Below are positions 1-9,402 of a stretch of DNA of 64,000 bases, in pieces. The stretch comes from Planctomycetota bacterium. GTDB lineage: Bacteria; Planctomycetota; UBA8108; SXIK01. The stretch covers positions 288,001 to 352,000 of the forward strand of contig CBDCXR010000004.1 in NCBI GenBank assembly GCA_965223845.1, written 5' to 3'. The first letter of the stretch is position 1; each line of letters begins with the position of its first letter. Under the pieces are notes generated by a model. The model searched no databases, was not told the origin of the DNA, and worked only from the letters and a program-made list of their open reading frames with translations. The position numbers and the translations under genes were made by a program.

Positions 1-924
1 GACGGCGAGCTCGCGGGGCCGGATGATCTCGCGAGCATCGCCGATGCCGAGGCGGAGGCCGAGGGCGACGAGGAAGACGCGGACACGCTCGGGCTCGAGG
101 CCGTCGGGCTCGAGTCGGCCGGCGAAGGGCCGCGAACGCGAACTGGCGAGGACGGGTTCCCCGAGCGCGCGGACGACGCAGCGACGGCGGGGTCGTCTGG
201 GTCGCGACGGCAGACCGAGCCGGACACGCTGGAGGATCCCGCTGAGATCAAGCGGGTCGTCGAAGCGGTGCTCTTTTCGCTCGCAGATCCGATGAGCATT
301 CGCCACCTCAGTGAGATCGTTGGCGTGGGAGTTCACGAGACCCGGCAGGCGGTCGAGGATCTTCGCTTCGAGTACGTCGACACCGAGCGCGCGTTTCGAC
401 TCGAGGAAATCGCGGGCGGCGTCCAGATCCTTACCCGAAGCGACTACGACCCGTGGCTCCGGCGCCTCCGGCAAAAGCAAAAGGAGTCGAAGCTCTCCGC
501 GGCGGCGCTCGAGACGCTGTCGATCGTCGCGTACAAGCAGCCGATCACGAAGGCTGAGCTCGAAGGAATCCGCGGGGTCGATTGCACCCAGATCCTGAAG
601 ACGCTCGTCGATCGCGGCCTCGTTTGCATCGCGGGGCGGGACGAAGGAATCGGAAAGGCTCTTCTCTACGGGACGACCGAGCGATTCCTCGAGAGCTTCG
701 GACTCGAGTCGGTGAAGGAGCTTCCGCAGCCGGAAGACCTCATCGCGAAGTCGGGCGGGGGAGGCCCGAGTTCGCCTTCGCGCAGCCGCGCGAGCGCAGA
801 CGCGGAGCAGGACATGGAGAGCGACCTCGACGCCGAGCCGCCGGACGAGGCGGCCGAAGGGGAGGCCACCGCGGACGTGGGGGAGAGCGAGGCCGATGAC
901 CGCGCGCCGGCGGAGGGATCCTAG
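1..924 (+). CDS. scpB: SMC-Scp complex subunit ScpB (5' end outside window; long acidic N- and C-terminal extensions)
   Basis: Frame is open from position 1. It contains IKRVVEAVLF, LSAAALETLSIVAYKQPITKAELEGIRGV and LYGTTERFLESFGL, all typical ScpB motifs. Confidence 0.93.
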   Translation, partial: DGELAGPDDLASIADAEAEAEGDEEDADTLGLEAVGLESAGEGPRTRTGEDGFPERADDAATAGSSGSRRQTEPDTLEDPAEIKRVVEAVLFSLADPMSIRHLSEIVGVGVHETRQAVEDLRFEYVDTERAFRLEEIAGGVQILTRSDYDPWLRRLRQKQKESKLSAAALETLSIVAYKQPITKAELEGIRGVDCTQILKTLVDRGLVCIAGRDEGIGKALLYGTTERFLESFGLESVKELPQPEDLIAKSGGGGPSSPSRSRASADAEQDMESDLDAEPPDEAAEGEATADVGESEADDRAPAEGS

Positions 925-984
925 TCCCCTTCTGCGCCCGGCGAAGCGAGATTCGGCGCGAACGAACACGCGTTGATTTCTCGC

Positions 985-1013
985 TTGAAACCCCCAGGGG
1001 GCACTCCTAAGAT
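985..1013 (+). promoter_or_regulatory. Putative sigma70 promoter upstream of tRNA-Arg
   Basis: TTGAAA (985-990), 17-bp spacer, TAAGAT (1008-1013). Confidence 0.5.
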
Positions 1014-1155
1014 CACTGGCCGCTTCGCACGCAAAACGCGATGGCAGGGGGGCTTGCCGAAATCCACGGCGGGCCGCGAATGCGGGGATGGCGAGCGCGG
1101 AAGATCATTGCATCGATCTCCCTCCCCGCCCCGCTTCGGTCGTGCGGAGACCAGC

Positions 1156-1232
<77 letters not shown>

Positions 1233-1250
1233 ATTTTGAACAACGAATTG

Positions 1251-1274
1251 CGGGGGCCGCGAGAGCGGCCCCCG
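1251..1274 (+). terminator. Hairpin downstream of tRNA-Arg
   Basis: CGGGGGCCGC-GAGA-GCGGCCCCCG is a perfect 10-bp stem with a GNRA loop; there is no clear U tract. Confidence 0.5.
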
Positions 1275-1518
1275 ACCGTGCGGAATGGATGCGGGATGCG
1301 TGCGTCCTCCGCGGCGGCGCCCGAGCTTTCGGCGCATCGGACTCATCGTCCTCGGAGCGCTCGACTTCGCAGTTCAAGCCGCTGGACTCGACTGAATCCG
1401 CGGAAGAGTAGCGAACGGAGAACGTCGAGACTACGGATCCGGCGGTTTTTCGTCCGCCGTTTCTCGGGATGTCCCGACCGCGGCTCGTCGCTTCCTCGCG
1501 CGGTCTAATCGTCGCTTT

Positions 1519-1743
1519 TCATTCGTCGCCGACGATCGCGCCGATGATCGCGAGAACGATCAAGATGGCCCAGCCGCCGAGTATCACGAAGAAGAGCACG
1601 GCGACCCACGCCCCCTCGAGCCCCCGCACTTCTTCGCCGAACGCCCGGATTCCGTTGAGTCCGCCGACGAGCGCGACGATCAGAAGGATGATCACGACGG
1701 GCGCCAACGCCCCTTTGAGGGCGCCTTTCGTCACGCGGTGCAT
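1519..1743 (-). CDS. Small two-TM membrane protein
   Basis: 74-aa ORF with two long hydrophobic segments. Confidence 0.6.
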   Translation of the reverse strand: MHRVTKGALKGALAPVVIILLIVALVGGLNGIRAFGEEVRGLEGAWVAVLFFVILGGWAILIVLAIIGAIVGDE

Positions 1744-1839
1744 TCTGAGTACCCGGGTAGGAAACGGTGCTCGAGCTCGCGTTCTGAGCCCGCTCGAGCT
1801 CGTGCGCTCTCGACTCGCCTATGAATCGATCTGGGCCCA

Positions 1840-3900
1840 TCACCGCGGCGGATTCGCGGCGACGGTCGGGGGTCGACGCGCTGCGGCGGCTCGCAGTGCT
1901 TGAACACACCTTGCCGCCCGGCGGCCGAGTTTTGTATCCCCTCGTTGTTGTACGATCCACTCGAGTTCTGAAACAGCACACGACGGCACGTCGGCCCCGC
2001 TTTCCGCCCAGCCGCTGAGAACAAAATGGATCGCCGGCCGCTCGGTGCGCCAGCCTCTCGAATCGTCCTCCGGCTTCTCGCGCCAATGGTTCATGTAGGG
2101 CGCCAGCGCGAGACGAGATCTCTCGTTCTCCCTGCGCAGGAGCTCGCATGCGATCTCGGCTCGGGAAATGAGCGGGAAGAGCGCACGACCCTCCCATTCG
2201 CGAAAGCCTAGCTCGAGCAGCGAGAACAGGTGTTCTCGTGCGCCGGGCTCCGCCCGCGCGGCAAGTACCGCCGCCGCGTGAATGGCGAGTACGCGGGACC
2301 TACACTTCGTCCACCGCCGGAGGAGCGGGATCAGCTCCGGGGGGCAACGAGTTCGCGTCTCGGAGGCGAGTGCTCGAAGAAGTTCCGTGATCGGGAACGG
2401 ATTCTGCAGTCGATTCATCGGAACTTCCTGATCCGCGAGGATCCGCTCGGCGACGACCGCGACTGCTTCCGGTGCGCCCAATCGCGCGAGAGTGATGATC
2501 ACAGCATCGCGCACCGGTCCGTTCGGAGTCGACTGGACGAGAGCGAGCAGGCGTGGCATTTCGCCGGTGAGGTGGTTGAGGTCGAACACCGGGAGACCAG
2601 ACTGCGCGAGATGGAAAGCCGGGGAATCGTAGTCCTGAGACAGCCCCGCCGGTAGATCGTCCTCCAGCCACTCGAGGAATGCTCGCACGGCTGCTCCCGA
2701 GCTTCGTTCGGGCCGAATCAACTCGATGGCGCGTGGCTCTCGCGCGCGAAGGAGCGCGGTCAGGCAGCTTCGACGTTCGGAATCCGAACGACTCGACGCG
2801 GTGAGATGAAAACGCGCGGAGTTTCGAATCTCAGCTTCCGAGTCGCGGGTGAAAGCGCGCACGATTTCGTCCGCAGACCTCATATCGGAATCGATGGCGA
2901 CGGTGAGCGCGCTGAACCGTACCCGTGCATCGGGATCGAGAGCGGCGCCGAGGAGCTCGTCTTTCGTCGCCAGCGAAGGGCCGAGCATCGCGTACGCGAT
3001 CGCCCGGACCAACGCGCTCCGGTGACCGAGGTGCCTTCGTGCTCGGTGTCGCTCGCGCCCGGATTTTCCGATCGCACTTAGTCCGCGAAGGACGTCGCCC
3101 GTACTCAGCGAATCGAGGAAGCCGATCGTCTCGGGGTCGAGCTCGGACGCGCCCTCAACGAGTCCGTCGGTAAGCTCGGCGAAGTACGGCGTCGAGTAGT
3201 GGTCTTGAGCGACGGGGCCGAGGTCGACGAATCCACGCTCGTCGATCGTGGCGAGCGCGATATCGTCCCACTCGGATCCAGTGTACGCGAGGGCCGAGAC
3301 TCCGCTCCGGGGGAGCGGCTCGTGCCCTCGGTCTTCGGTGCAGCCGAAGAATATGTAGGAATCGAGCGCGTCGTCGGACAGAAACGGTTCGATTTCGACG
3401 AGCCGTCCCGCAGCGTCGAGCAAGCGATGCACTCCGGCGTACGTCAGCTTTCTGCGATTCGGCCCAGGCCCGAGAGATTCGCCCGAAGTCTGGAAGCAGA
3501 CGAGCCAATACTCGCTGCCGTCGAGTGCGTCTATCCTCTGGACGAACTGGACTACCGGTTCGGCATCGGCACGTTCAAAGTCGAACGGGTCGGCCGCGGC
3601 CAACGCCAAATGCGAGATGAGCGCCGCGGAGAATCGGCTTTCCGCGACGTAATCGTCGACGTCTTCGACGAGGATATCCGCTCGAGCGTAGAGCGCCGAC
3701 TGCAGCCACCCCGAGATCTCATCGTCCTCTCCGAATCGGCCGAGTCTCGCCACTTCACGCCACGACGCCGGAAGGACGAAGAGCTCGATCCGGTTCGAGT
3801 AGAGGATCGTTGAGACGCCTGCGGCGAGCGCGAGAGTCGCGGTGATGAGGCCGGCGACGACCGGAGCGCCGCGCGGACGTCGAGGAGAGAAACGGAGCAT
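1840..3900 (-). CDS. Membrane-anchored protein with HEAT-like repeats
   Basis: 686 aa with an N-terminal hydrophobic anchor and repeats such as LGHRSALVRAIA, DPDARVRFSAL and DSEAEIRNSA. Confidence 0.65.
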   Translation of the reverse strand: MLRFSPRRPRGAPVVAGLITATLALAAGVSTILYSNRIELFVLPASWREVARLGRFGEDDEISGWLQSALYARADILVEDVDDYVAESRFSAALISHLALAAADPFDFERADAEPVVQFVQRIDALDGSEYWLVCFQTSGESLGPGPNRRKLTYAGVHRLLDAAGRLVEIEPFLSDDALDSYIFFGCTEDRGHEPLPRSGVSALAYTGSEWDDIALATIDERGFVDLGPVAQDHYSTPYFAELTDGLVEGASELDPETIGFLDSLSTGDVLRGLSAIGKSGRERHRARRHLGHRSALVRAIAYAMLGPSLATKDELLGAALDPDARVRFSALTVAIDSDMRSADEIVRAFTRDSEAEIRNSARFHLTASSRSDSERRSCLTALLRAREPRAIELIRPERSSGAAVRAFLEWLEDDLPAGLSQDYDSPAFHLAQSGLPVFDLNHLTGEMPRLLALVQSTPNGPVRDAVIITLARLGAPEAVAVVAERILADQEVPMNRLQNPFPITELLRALASETRTRCPPELIPLLRRWTKCRSRVLAIHAAAVLAARAEPGAREHLFSLLELGFREWEGRALFPLISRAEIACELLRRENERSRLALAPYMNHWREKPEDDSRGWRTERPAIHFVLSGWAESGADVPSCAVSELEWIVQQRGDTKLGRRAARCVQALRAAAARRPPTVAANPPR

Positions 3901-4026
3901 GAAGCTGACCTGCGCTGGGGTGCGCCGCGCGGGTGGCTCTCGAGTCTTCTCTCTTCGCTTAGCCTACAACCGCCCCGGAGGATCGCCGTAGATTCTCCAT
4001 CGAAGCGATCCTGTCGAGTCCGGGCC

Positions 4027-4257
4027 TCAGCGAACCCAGCGGAGCTTGTCGTCCTCGAGAACGAGGACGCGCGATCCGCCGCGGTAGATCCAGATCTCTT
4101 CCGCGCTGCCGGTCTGCGTCGCGACGCGTTTCGCCGGCGGGCCGAGCCGAGCGACGATCTCCGTTCGATCCATGCCGAGCCGAACGTGGCCGGTGCGCGG
4201 AAGGGAGCAGCCGGTGGCGATGAAGAGAGTGACGATTGCGGTGAGAAGTGCTCGCAT
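4027..4257 (-). CDS. Small lipoprotein, SmpA/OmlA(BamE)-like
   Basis: Lipobox IATGC; VRLGMDRTEIVARLGPP...EEIWIY pattern; GGAGG RBS upstream. Confidence 0.65.
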   Translation of the reverse strand: MRALLTAIVTLFIATGCSLPRTGHVRLGMDRTEIVARLGPPAKRVATQTGSAEEIWIYRGGSRVLVLEDDKLRWVR

Positions 4258-4562
4258 CGGAGGGGCTCCAATTCGGGGTTGGCGGGCGATACGGCGGAAG
4301 CCATTCTTCCGTCCACGCCCTTCCAGGGCCGATTCGAGCTCACGCCGTAACCGCGGATTCTCCTCCGTCGAACGGGAGACGCTGTAAGTTGTTTTGAAAG
4401 TGTATGTTGCGCGGTTTTCCGCAGTGGTTCGGGAAATGGCCCAGAGGTCCGCGCGTCTATTGGTTGGGGCCGAGTTGGACGACCGCCGTGCGGTCGAGTG
4501 GCGCCCGGCCCCCGATTGTAGAGGTCACCGACAAGTCAGCGGTCGCGGAGGACACACGACTG

Positions 4563-4973
4563 ATGAATAGCCTTGCTCTCTTTTTGGGCGGCACTCTCGC
4601 CCTCGCGGGAACGAGCTGCGGTGTTGAACGCGGTCGCTCAGGCGCTCCGCAGTCGGACATCCTCGACTCTCTCGTCGGTTCGGTAGCGGAGGTGATGCTG
4701 CGTTCCGAGCTCATCGACGGCGGCCGCGCTCTAACCCCGCCGAACACGTCGGGGAGTCTCGAGCGGTCCGAGACTTCGATCACGGGAACGATCGTGTCGA
4801 GTGACGAGGACTGGATCGTCGTCGAGGTCGAGCACATTCGAGTCGATCGACTTCCCGGAGGGGCCGTGAAAACCTACGGAGACTCCGGAGTGCGGGCACG
4901 AACGCGGTATCTTGTCCCGCGGGAGAACATTCTCGCCGTTCGCGTACCGAACCCGAGCGGGGAGTCTGCCTGA
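4563..4973 (+). CDS. Putative lipoprotein
   Basis: MNSLALFLGGTLALAGTSC signal peptide/lipobox followed by a small beta-rich domain. Confidence 0.55.
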   Translation: MNSLALFLGGTLALAGTSCGVERGRSGAPQSDILDSLVGSVAEVMLRSELIDGGRALTPPNTSGSLERSETSITGTIVSSDEDWIVVEVEHIRVDRLPGGAVKTYGDSGVRARTRYLVPRENILAVRVPNPSGESA

Positions 4974-5045
4974 GCCCGCGCCGCGACGCGCGAGTCGAGA
5001 GAGTGTAAGTGCAGTTTTGGCCGTCCGGGGTAAGAGGAGACAGAA

Positions 5046-5942
5046 ATGAACGCGACCGCAGAAAAGTCGATCGAAGTGAGATCGGGCTGGACGATGATCT
5101 GGACGGCGCTCGGTGTTCTCCTCGGAGGAATCCTCGCAACGGCCATCTTCGTCATTCTTCTCGACGAGACCGACGAGATGATGTGGGGATTCGGGCTCAT
5201 CGCCTCTGTTCCCATGATTCCGGTGGGTCTGCTCCTCCTCGCCGGTCACTTCACTCTCCAACCGAACGAAGCGCGTGTGCTCGTCCTCTTCGGCGAGTAC
5301 CGCGGCACCGTGCGAACGAGCGGTTTCTACTGGACGAATCCGTTTTACACGAAGAAGAAGATCTCGACGCGATCGCGAAACCTCGACGGAGAGAAGCTCA
5401 AGGTGAACGACAAGCGCGGAAATCCGATCGAAATCTCCGCGGTGGTCGTTTGGCATGTGAGCGACACGGCGAAGGCCGCGTTCGACGTCGACGACTACGA
5501 GCAGTTCGTGCGCATTCAAAGCGAGTCGGCCGTACGCATGCTCGCTAACGACTACGCGTACGATCACGGGGAGGGAAACGAAGTGACTCTGCGAAGCGGA
5601 GTCGACGAGGTGTCGGAAGCGCTCCAAGATCACATCCAGCAGCGACTCGATAAGGCCGGTGTGACGGTCGAAGAAGCGCGGCTCAACCATCTCGCCTACG
5701 CCCCCGAGATCGCCGGAACCATGCTCCGGCGTCAGCAGGCCGAAGCGATCATCGACGCCCGACAGAAGATCGTTCAGGGCGCGGTAAGCATGGTCGAAAT
5801 GGCACTCGACGGATTGCAGCAGAAGCAAATCGTCGAGCTCGACGCCGCGCAGCGAGCGACGATGGTGAGTAACCTCCTCGTCGTCCTTTGCGGCGAGTCG
5901 GAGGCGACTCCGGTGATCAATACGGGAGCGGTCTCCAAGTAG
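5046..5942 (+). CDS. SPFH/band 7 domain membrane protein
   Basis: Two TM helices, then LQPNEARVLVLFGEYRGT, KVNDKRGNPIEI and HLAYAPEIAGTMLRRQQA; AGGAG RBS. Confidence 0.92.
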   Translation: MNATAEKSIEVRSGWTMIWTALGVLLGGILATAIFVILLDETDEMMWGFGLIASVPMIPVGLLLLAGHFTLQPNEARVLVLFGEYRGTVRTSGFYWTNPFYTKKKISTRSRNLDGEKLKVNDKRGNPIEISAVVVWHVSDTAKAAFDVDDYEQFVRIQSESAVRMLANDYAYDHGEGNEVTLRSGVDEVSEALQDHIQQRLDKAGVTVEEARLNHLAYAPEIAGTMLRRQQAEAIIDARQKIVQGAVSMVEMALDGLQQKQIVELDAAQRATMVSNLLVVLCGESEATPVINTGAVSK

Positions 5943-6038
5943 CGTTCGCGCAGCAGTCGATCTCCGCGGACGATCGTCGCGCCAAACCACGCCGGCCGGC
6001 GAGAGCCTCGCCCGGATCGAGTCGAGCGGGCCATGACC

Positions 6039-6067
6039 TTGCAAGCCGAGATGCTGCGAGCGAGAAT
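6039..6067 (+). promoter_or_regulatory. Putative promoter of tRNA-Ser
   Basis: TTGCAA, 17 bp, GAGAAT, ending 13 bp before the tRNA. Confidence 0.4.
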
Positions 6068-6080
6068 GCCCGGCCGATGC

Positions 6081-6170
6081 GGAGAGGTGCCGGAGCGGCC
6101 GAACGGGGTGGTTTTGAAAACCACTGTCCTCGCAAGGGGACCCAGGGTTCGAATCCCTGCCTCTCCGCCA
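6081..6170 (+). tRNA. tRNA-Ser(TGA), integration target
   Basis: GGAGAGG/CCTCTCC acceptor stem, anticodon arm GTGGT-TTTGAAA-ACCAC, long variable arm, GGTTCGAATCC, GCCA end; 90 nt. Confidence 0.96.
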
Positions 6171-6362
6171 TAAACGCCGGCGTGTGCGGCGGTTGGGTGG
6201 ACGGGTGACGGGGCGGTCGGGCGCGTATCGAGGCCGGAGAGGGCTCGAGTGTCCCCGAAGTTGCCCTCTTTTGATGTGAGGACAGTTCGTGGCGAGGCGT
6301 GGAAACTCGTGACGAGGCGGTGCTCCTCGAGGAGTCTTGTGGGACAGCGTCTCGCCAGGCAA

Positions 6363-8120
6363 TTAACGGTTGCCGGACGTCCGGGACGCTCCCAACGGTT
6401 TCAGAGGACGGCCCCGCGGCACGAGTCGACCCGTCGACGGATCGACCCTGCAACTCTCCCGCGAATACTGATACTCGATCGCGCAGCATTGGTAGGCAGT
6501 CCAGATTACGCGCTCGATGATTCGGGCGTCCTCTTCAGCGGGATCACCCCGCGGGTGCTCGGTCGCGTACTCGAGCAATCGCTTGCCCCATCTTGCGCCC
6601 TTCTCGATTCGATAGTTCGTCGGACGAAGAGCGGCGAACATTTCGGCACCCGTGGTGCAGGATTCGGTCGCCTGTTCGATTCTGCCGATCGTGTCGGGGG
6701 TTTCGGCTTCGAGCATTCGGGCAACAATTCGGCAGAGTTCGGCTCGAGTAAAGTTCGCAAACTCGAAATCCGGATCACACATGAAGAACAGTCCGCAGAT
6801 TTGATCCCTTTCAACGGCCTGGCGAACTACGCGGAGATTGTCCGCTCGGTCGCTATCCAAGACAATCAAGCTAAAAACCCTGGACTCAAGATCCGTTCGA
6901 AGGCTTTCGGAAAAGGAAAGATCGCCACGGTCGACGAAACGACCTCGGAGGTCGACGACCGAAACGGAGCCGTGGTTCGCGAACTCCGATCGGAAACAAC
7001 CGTACTCGGTCGCTCCTTCGACGTAGATCTTCACCCGCAGCCCGTAGTCAAGGCCGAGGTATCGTAGGTATTGGTTTGAGGCCTGACGGTCACCATCCAG
7101 AATGCGAGGTGTCTCGTCGGTGAGGCATTCACGGTCCCGATAACCGGACGGCGAGAACTCGCACTCACCTGATTCGCGTGTTCGGTTCGCTGCAGATCGC
7201 TCCTGCGTCCGGCGAAGTGCTTCTCCCATGTGAAACAGAAGCATCGCACCGGAGATGTGTCCCTTCAGGCGTTTCCGAAACGCGGAGTTCGCGAGGCGGA
7301 TCAAAAGGTGCAAGTCCGTATTTGGGTCTAGGATCTTAGATTCGTGACGAATCTCACGCCTGTACTCGTTCAACGAAGAATGGTCGATTGCCGACATCAA
7401 ACGCCGGACGTCGGCGTCGAGTGAAGCGAGTTCCCGCTCCGTGGTTTCGAAAGTCGTAAGACCCTTGCGACGAACGGTCTGAAATATATCGATGTGGCTC
7501 GGCGGCTCCCCGATCACGCAAAGTGATACCAAGTCGTTCCAGTTCTGGATTCGACGTTCATGGATGTCGGCGCGTTCGATCCACTCAGCTAAGACGGTGA
7601 AACGACCGTTGAGAATCGTCGAGTGGAGTTTCTCGATCCGGGGTGTTTGCAGCGAAGGACTTCGACATCCCGTGAGCAGCCGAGATATTTTCCACAATAC
7701 GAAACATCGAAAAGGGTGGAACCACACCAGGTTTGTTGCACGAGGGTCTTGAGGCTCGGCAAGCTTCGCCTGCAGAGCGTCGAGAGATTTGGGGTACGGG
7801 CATGTGAGTCGAATTGTAGGCGTTCGAGCAGATTCTTCTCGGTTCAGCTCACGAATCGCGTCCGCGTGAAGGAACCCAATTCTCCACAGATCAAGAATCG
7901 CATCCGCGCAGTAATCGGCTGTTCGATTGTCTCTCGCCAGGCTACTCAGGTCCCAGGCGTTCAACAGACCCATCTGCCAAAGTTCGTTCGTCTCGATGGT
8001 CTCGCGGATCGCTGCGATTCCGGACCGTGTGGTCGCGGAAAACCAGATCGGGTCGGTGCTCTCCGAGCGAGCGCGTGTCGGGTCGTTGATCACGTTGACT
8101 TCACTGCCGTTCGATTCCAA
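6363..8120 (-). CDS. Hypothetical protein with C-terminal TOPRIM (OLD-like) domain
   Basis: 585 aa; VKIYVEGATE and LIVLDSD match the TOPRIM E and DxD motifs; no Walker A motif seen; lower GC than flanks. Confidence 0.7.
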   Translation of the reverse strand: MESNGSEVNVINDPTRARSESTDPIWFSATTRSGIAAIRETIETNELWQMGLLNAWDLSSLARDNRTADYCADAILDLWRIGFLHADAIRELNREESARTPTIRLTCPYPKSLDALQAKLAEPQDPRATNLVWFHPFRCFVLWKISRLLTGCRSPSLQTPRIEKLHSTILNGRFTVLAEWIERADIHERRIQNWNDLVSLCVIGEPPSHIDIFQTVRRKGLTTFETTERELASLDADVRRLMSAIDHSSLNEYRREIRHESKILDPNTDLHLLIRLANSAFRKRLKGHISGAMLLFHMGEALRRTQERSAANRTRESGECEFSPSGYRDRECLTDETPRILDGDRQASNQYLRYLGLDYGLRVKIYVEGATEYGCFRSEFANHGSVSVVDLRGRFVDRGDLSFSESLRTDLESRVFSLIVLDSDRADNLRVVRQAVERDQICGLFFMCDPDFEFANFTRAELCRIVARMLEAETPDTIGRIEQATESCTTGAEMFAALRPTNYRIEKGARWGKRLLEYATEHPRGDPAEEDARIIERVIWTAYQCCAIEYQYSRESCRVDPSTGRLVPRGRPLKPLGASRTSGNR

Positions 8121-8395
8121 TCCGCGTGAGTACTGGACAACGATTGAGAGTCAATCCGGTTCGAGGGTTGACGACGTTTTCATGCGGTCGTACCGTCGCC
8201 CATCAAAATCCCCCGCCGGGGTCGGATCTCCGACGGGGGAAGGGATTCCCTCGCCGTACGAGGTAGGCGAGGGATTGTGGGGCTAATTGATCGAGCGGGT
8301 ACCGAACGCGTTAGCGCGTTCAGTTGATCGCCCACGCTGCTTCGGCAGACCAGGCTCGAAGATCTACTCAGAGTAGACGCATGATCCGAGCGGCG

Positions 8396-9402
8396 TCAAT
8401 GTTTCAACTGGCGCGTCGCGCTTGTCCCGCCCGGCCGCGTTCCGAGATAGGCGCCGAGCTTTCCCAGCCCCTCGGCCACGTCCCGCTCGTTCACGATCGC
8501 GTAGCGTCGGTACACGGATTCTGTCTTGTGGCCGGTGATCTTCATCGCGATCGAACGCGGAACACCCGCGCGTTCGAGATTCCGTACGGCGGTACGGCGG
8601 AGGTCGTGGAACAGACGACCGGGGCAGCCGGCCTCCCGGCAGGCCTTTCGCCGCGCGGAGTAGATCGAGCGGATTTCCCGTCCCCGGCGATGGAATACCC
8701 AGGGGATGACGCACTTACGCTCGCGCTCGAGCCGAAGCGTCCGCTCCCGCTGCACACGAATCAGCTCCCGGAGTTCAGGGAGCGCCCCGAACGGGAGAAC
8801 TCGACCGTCGTCGTTCTTCGTCGATCCTACTTCGAGGCGGATCACCTCGGCATGAAGGTCGACCTGGCTCCACCGGAGCGGAAGGATCTCTCCGAGACGC
8901 CAGCCCGTCAGGTAACCGAACTCGGCGACGGCCCGCAGCCCCTCGGGGAGGTCTCGGGCGACTCGCTCGAATTCGTCGCGCTCGAAGAATCCCGTACGGG
9001 TGTTCTTTACCTCGATCGCCGGGAAGTGAGGAACGGCCCCGATCTTTCCCCCTCGGTGAGCGAGGCGAAACGCGCGCCGGAGCGCGATCAACTCGTTTCG
9101 AACGGTCGCTGGCGCCATTCCGTCTCGAAGCCGCCGGGAGGCGTAGCGCTCAATCCGGTCGGTGGTGATGTCGATCGCGAGCGTACGGCCAAATGATTCG
9201 CGAAGGTTGTTGATCGAGATCTGGACTCGCCGAGTGGACTTCCGCCGATTCAGCTCGTAGTCGGCGAGCAATACTTCGCAGAGATCTTCAAAGGTCGCGC
9301 GCTCGGCAGCAGGCCCTACGGGGCGCTGACCGGCGCCGATCTCAGCGATCCTCTTTTTGAGGAGCTTCACAGCGTCGCCGCGTCGGTGCGAATGAGAGGA
9401 CT
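8396..9402 (-). pseudogene. Tyrosine recombinase/integrase, N-terminus truncated
   Basis: Catalytic set intact: GWRLGE (R), TKN (K), FHDLRR (HxxR), TGH, YRRY. Integrase-like sequence starts abruptly at SSHSHRRGDAVKLLKKR (~9402). A GTG at 9370 could give a shortened product. Confidence 0.85.

Noticed and set aside
6081-6170. tRNA-Sec, given nearby UGA genes
   Set aside because: The anticodon is TGA (reads UCA, Ser), not TCA, and the acceptor stem is the standard 7 bp.
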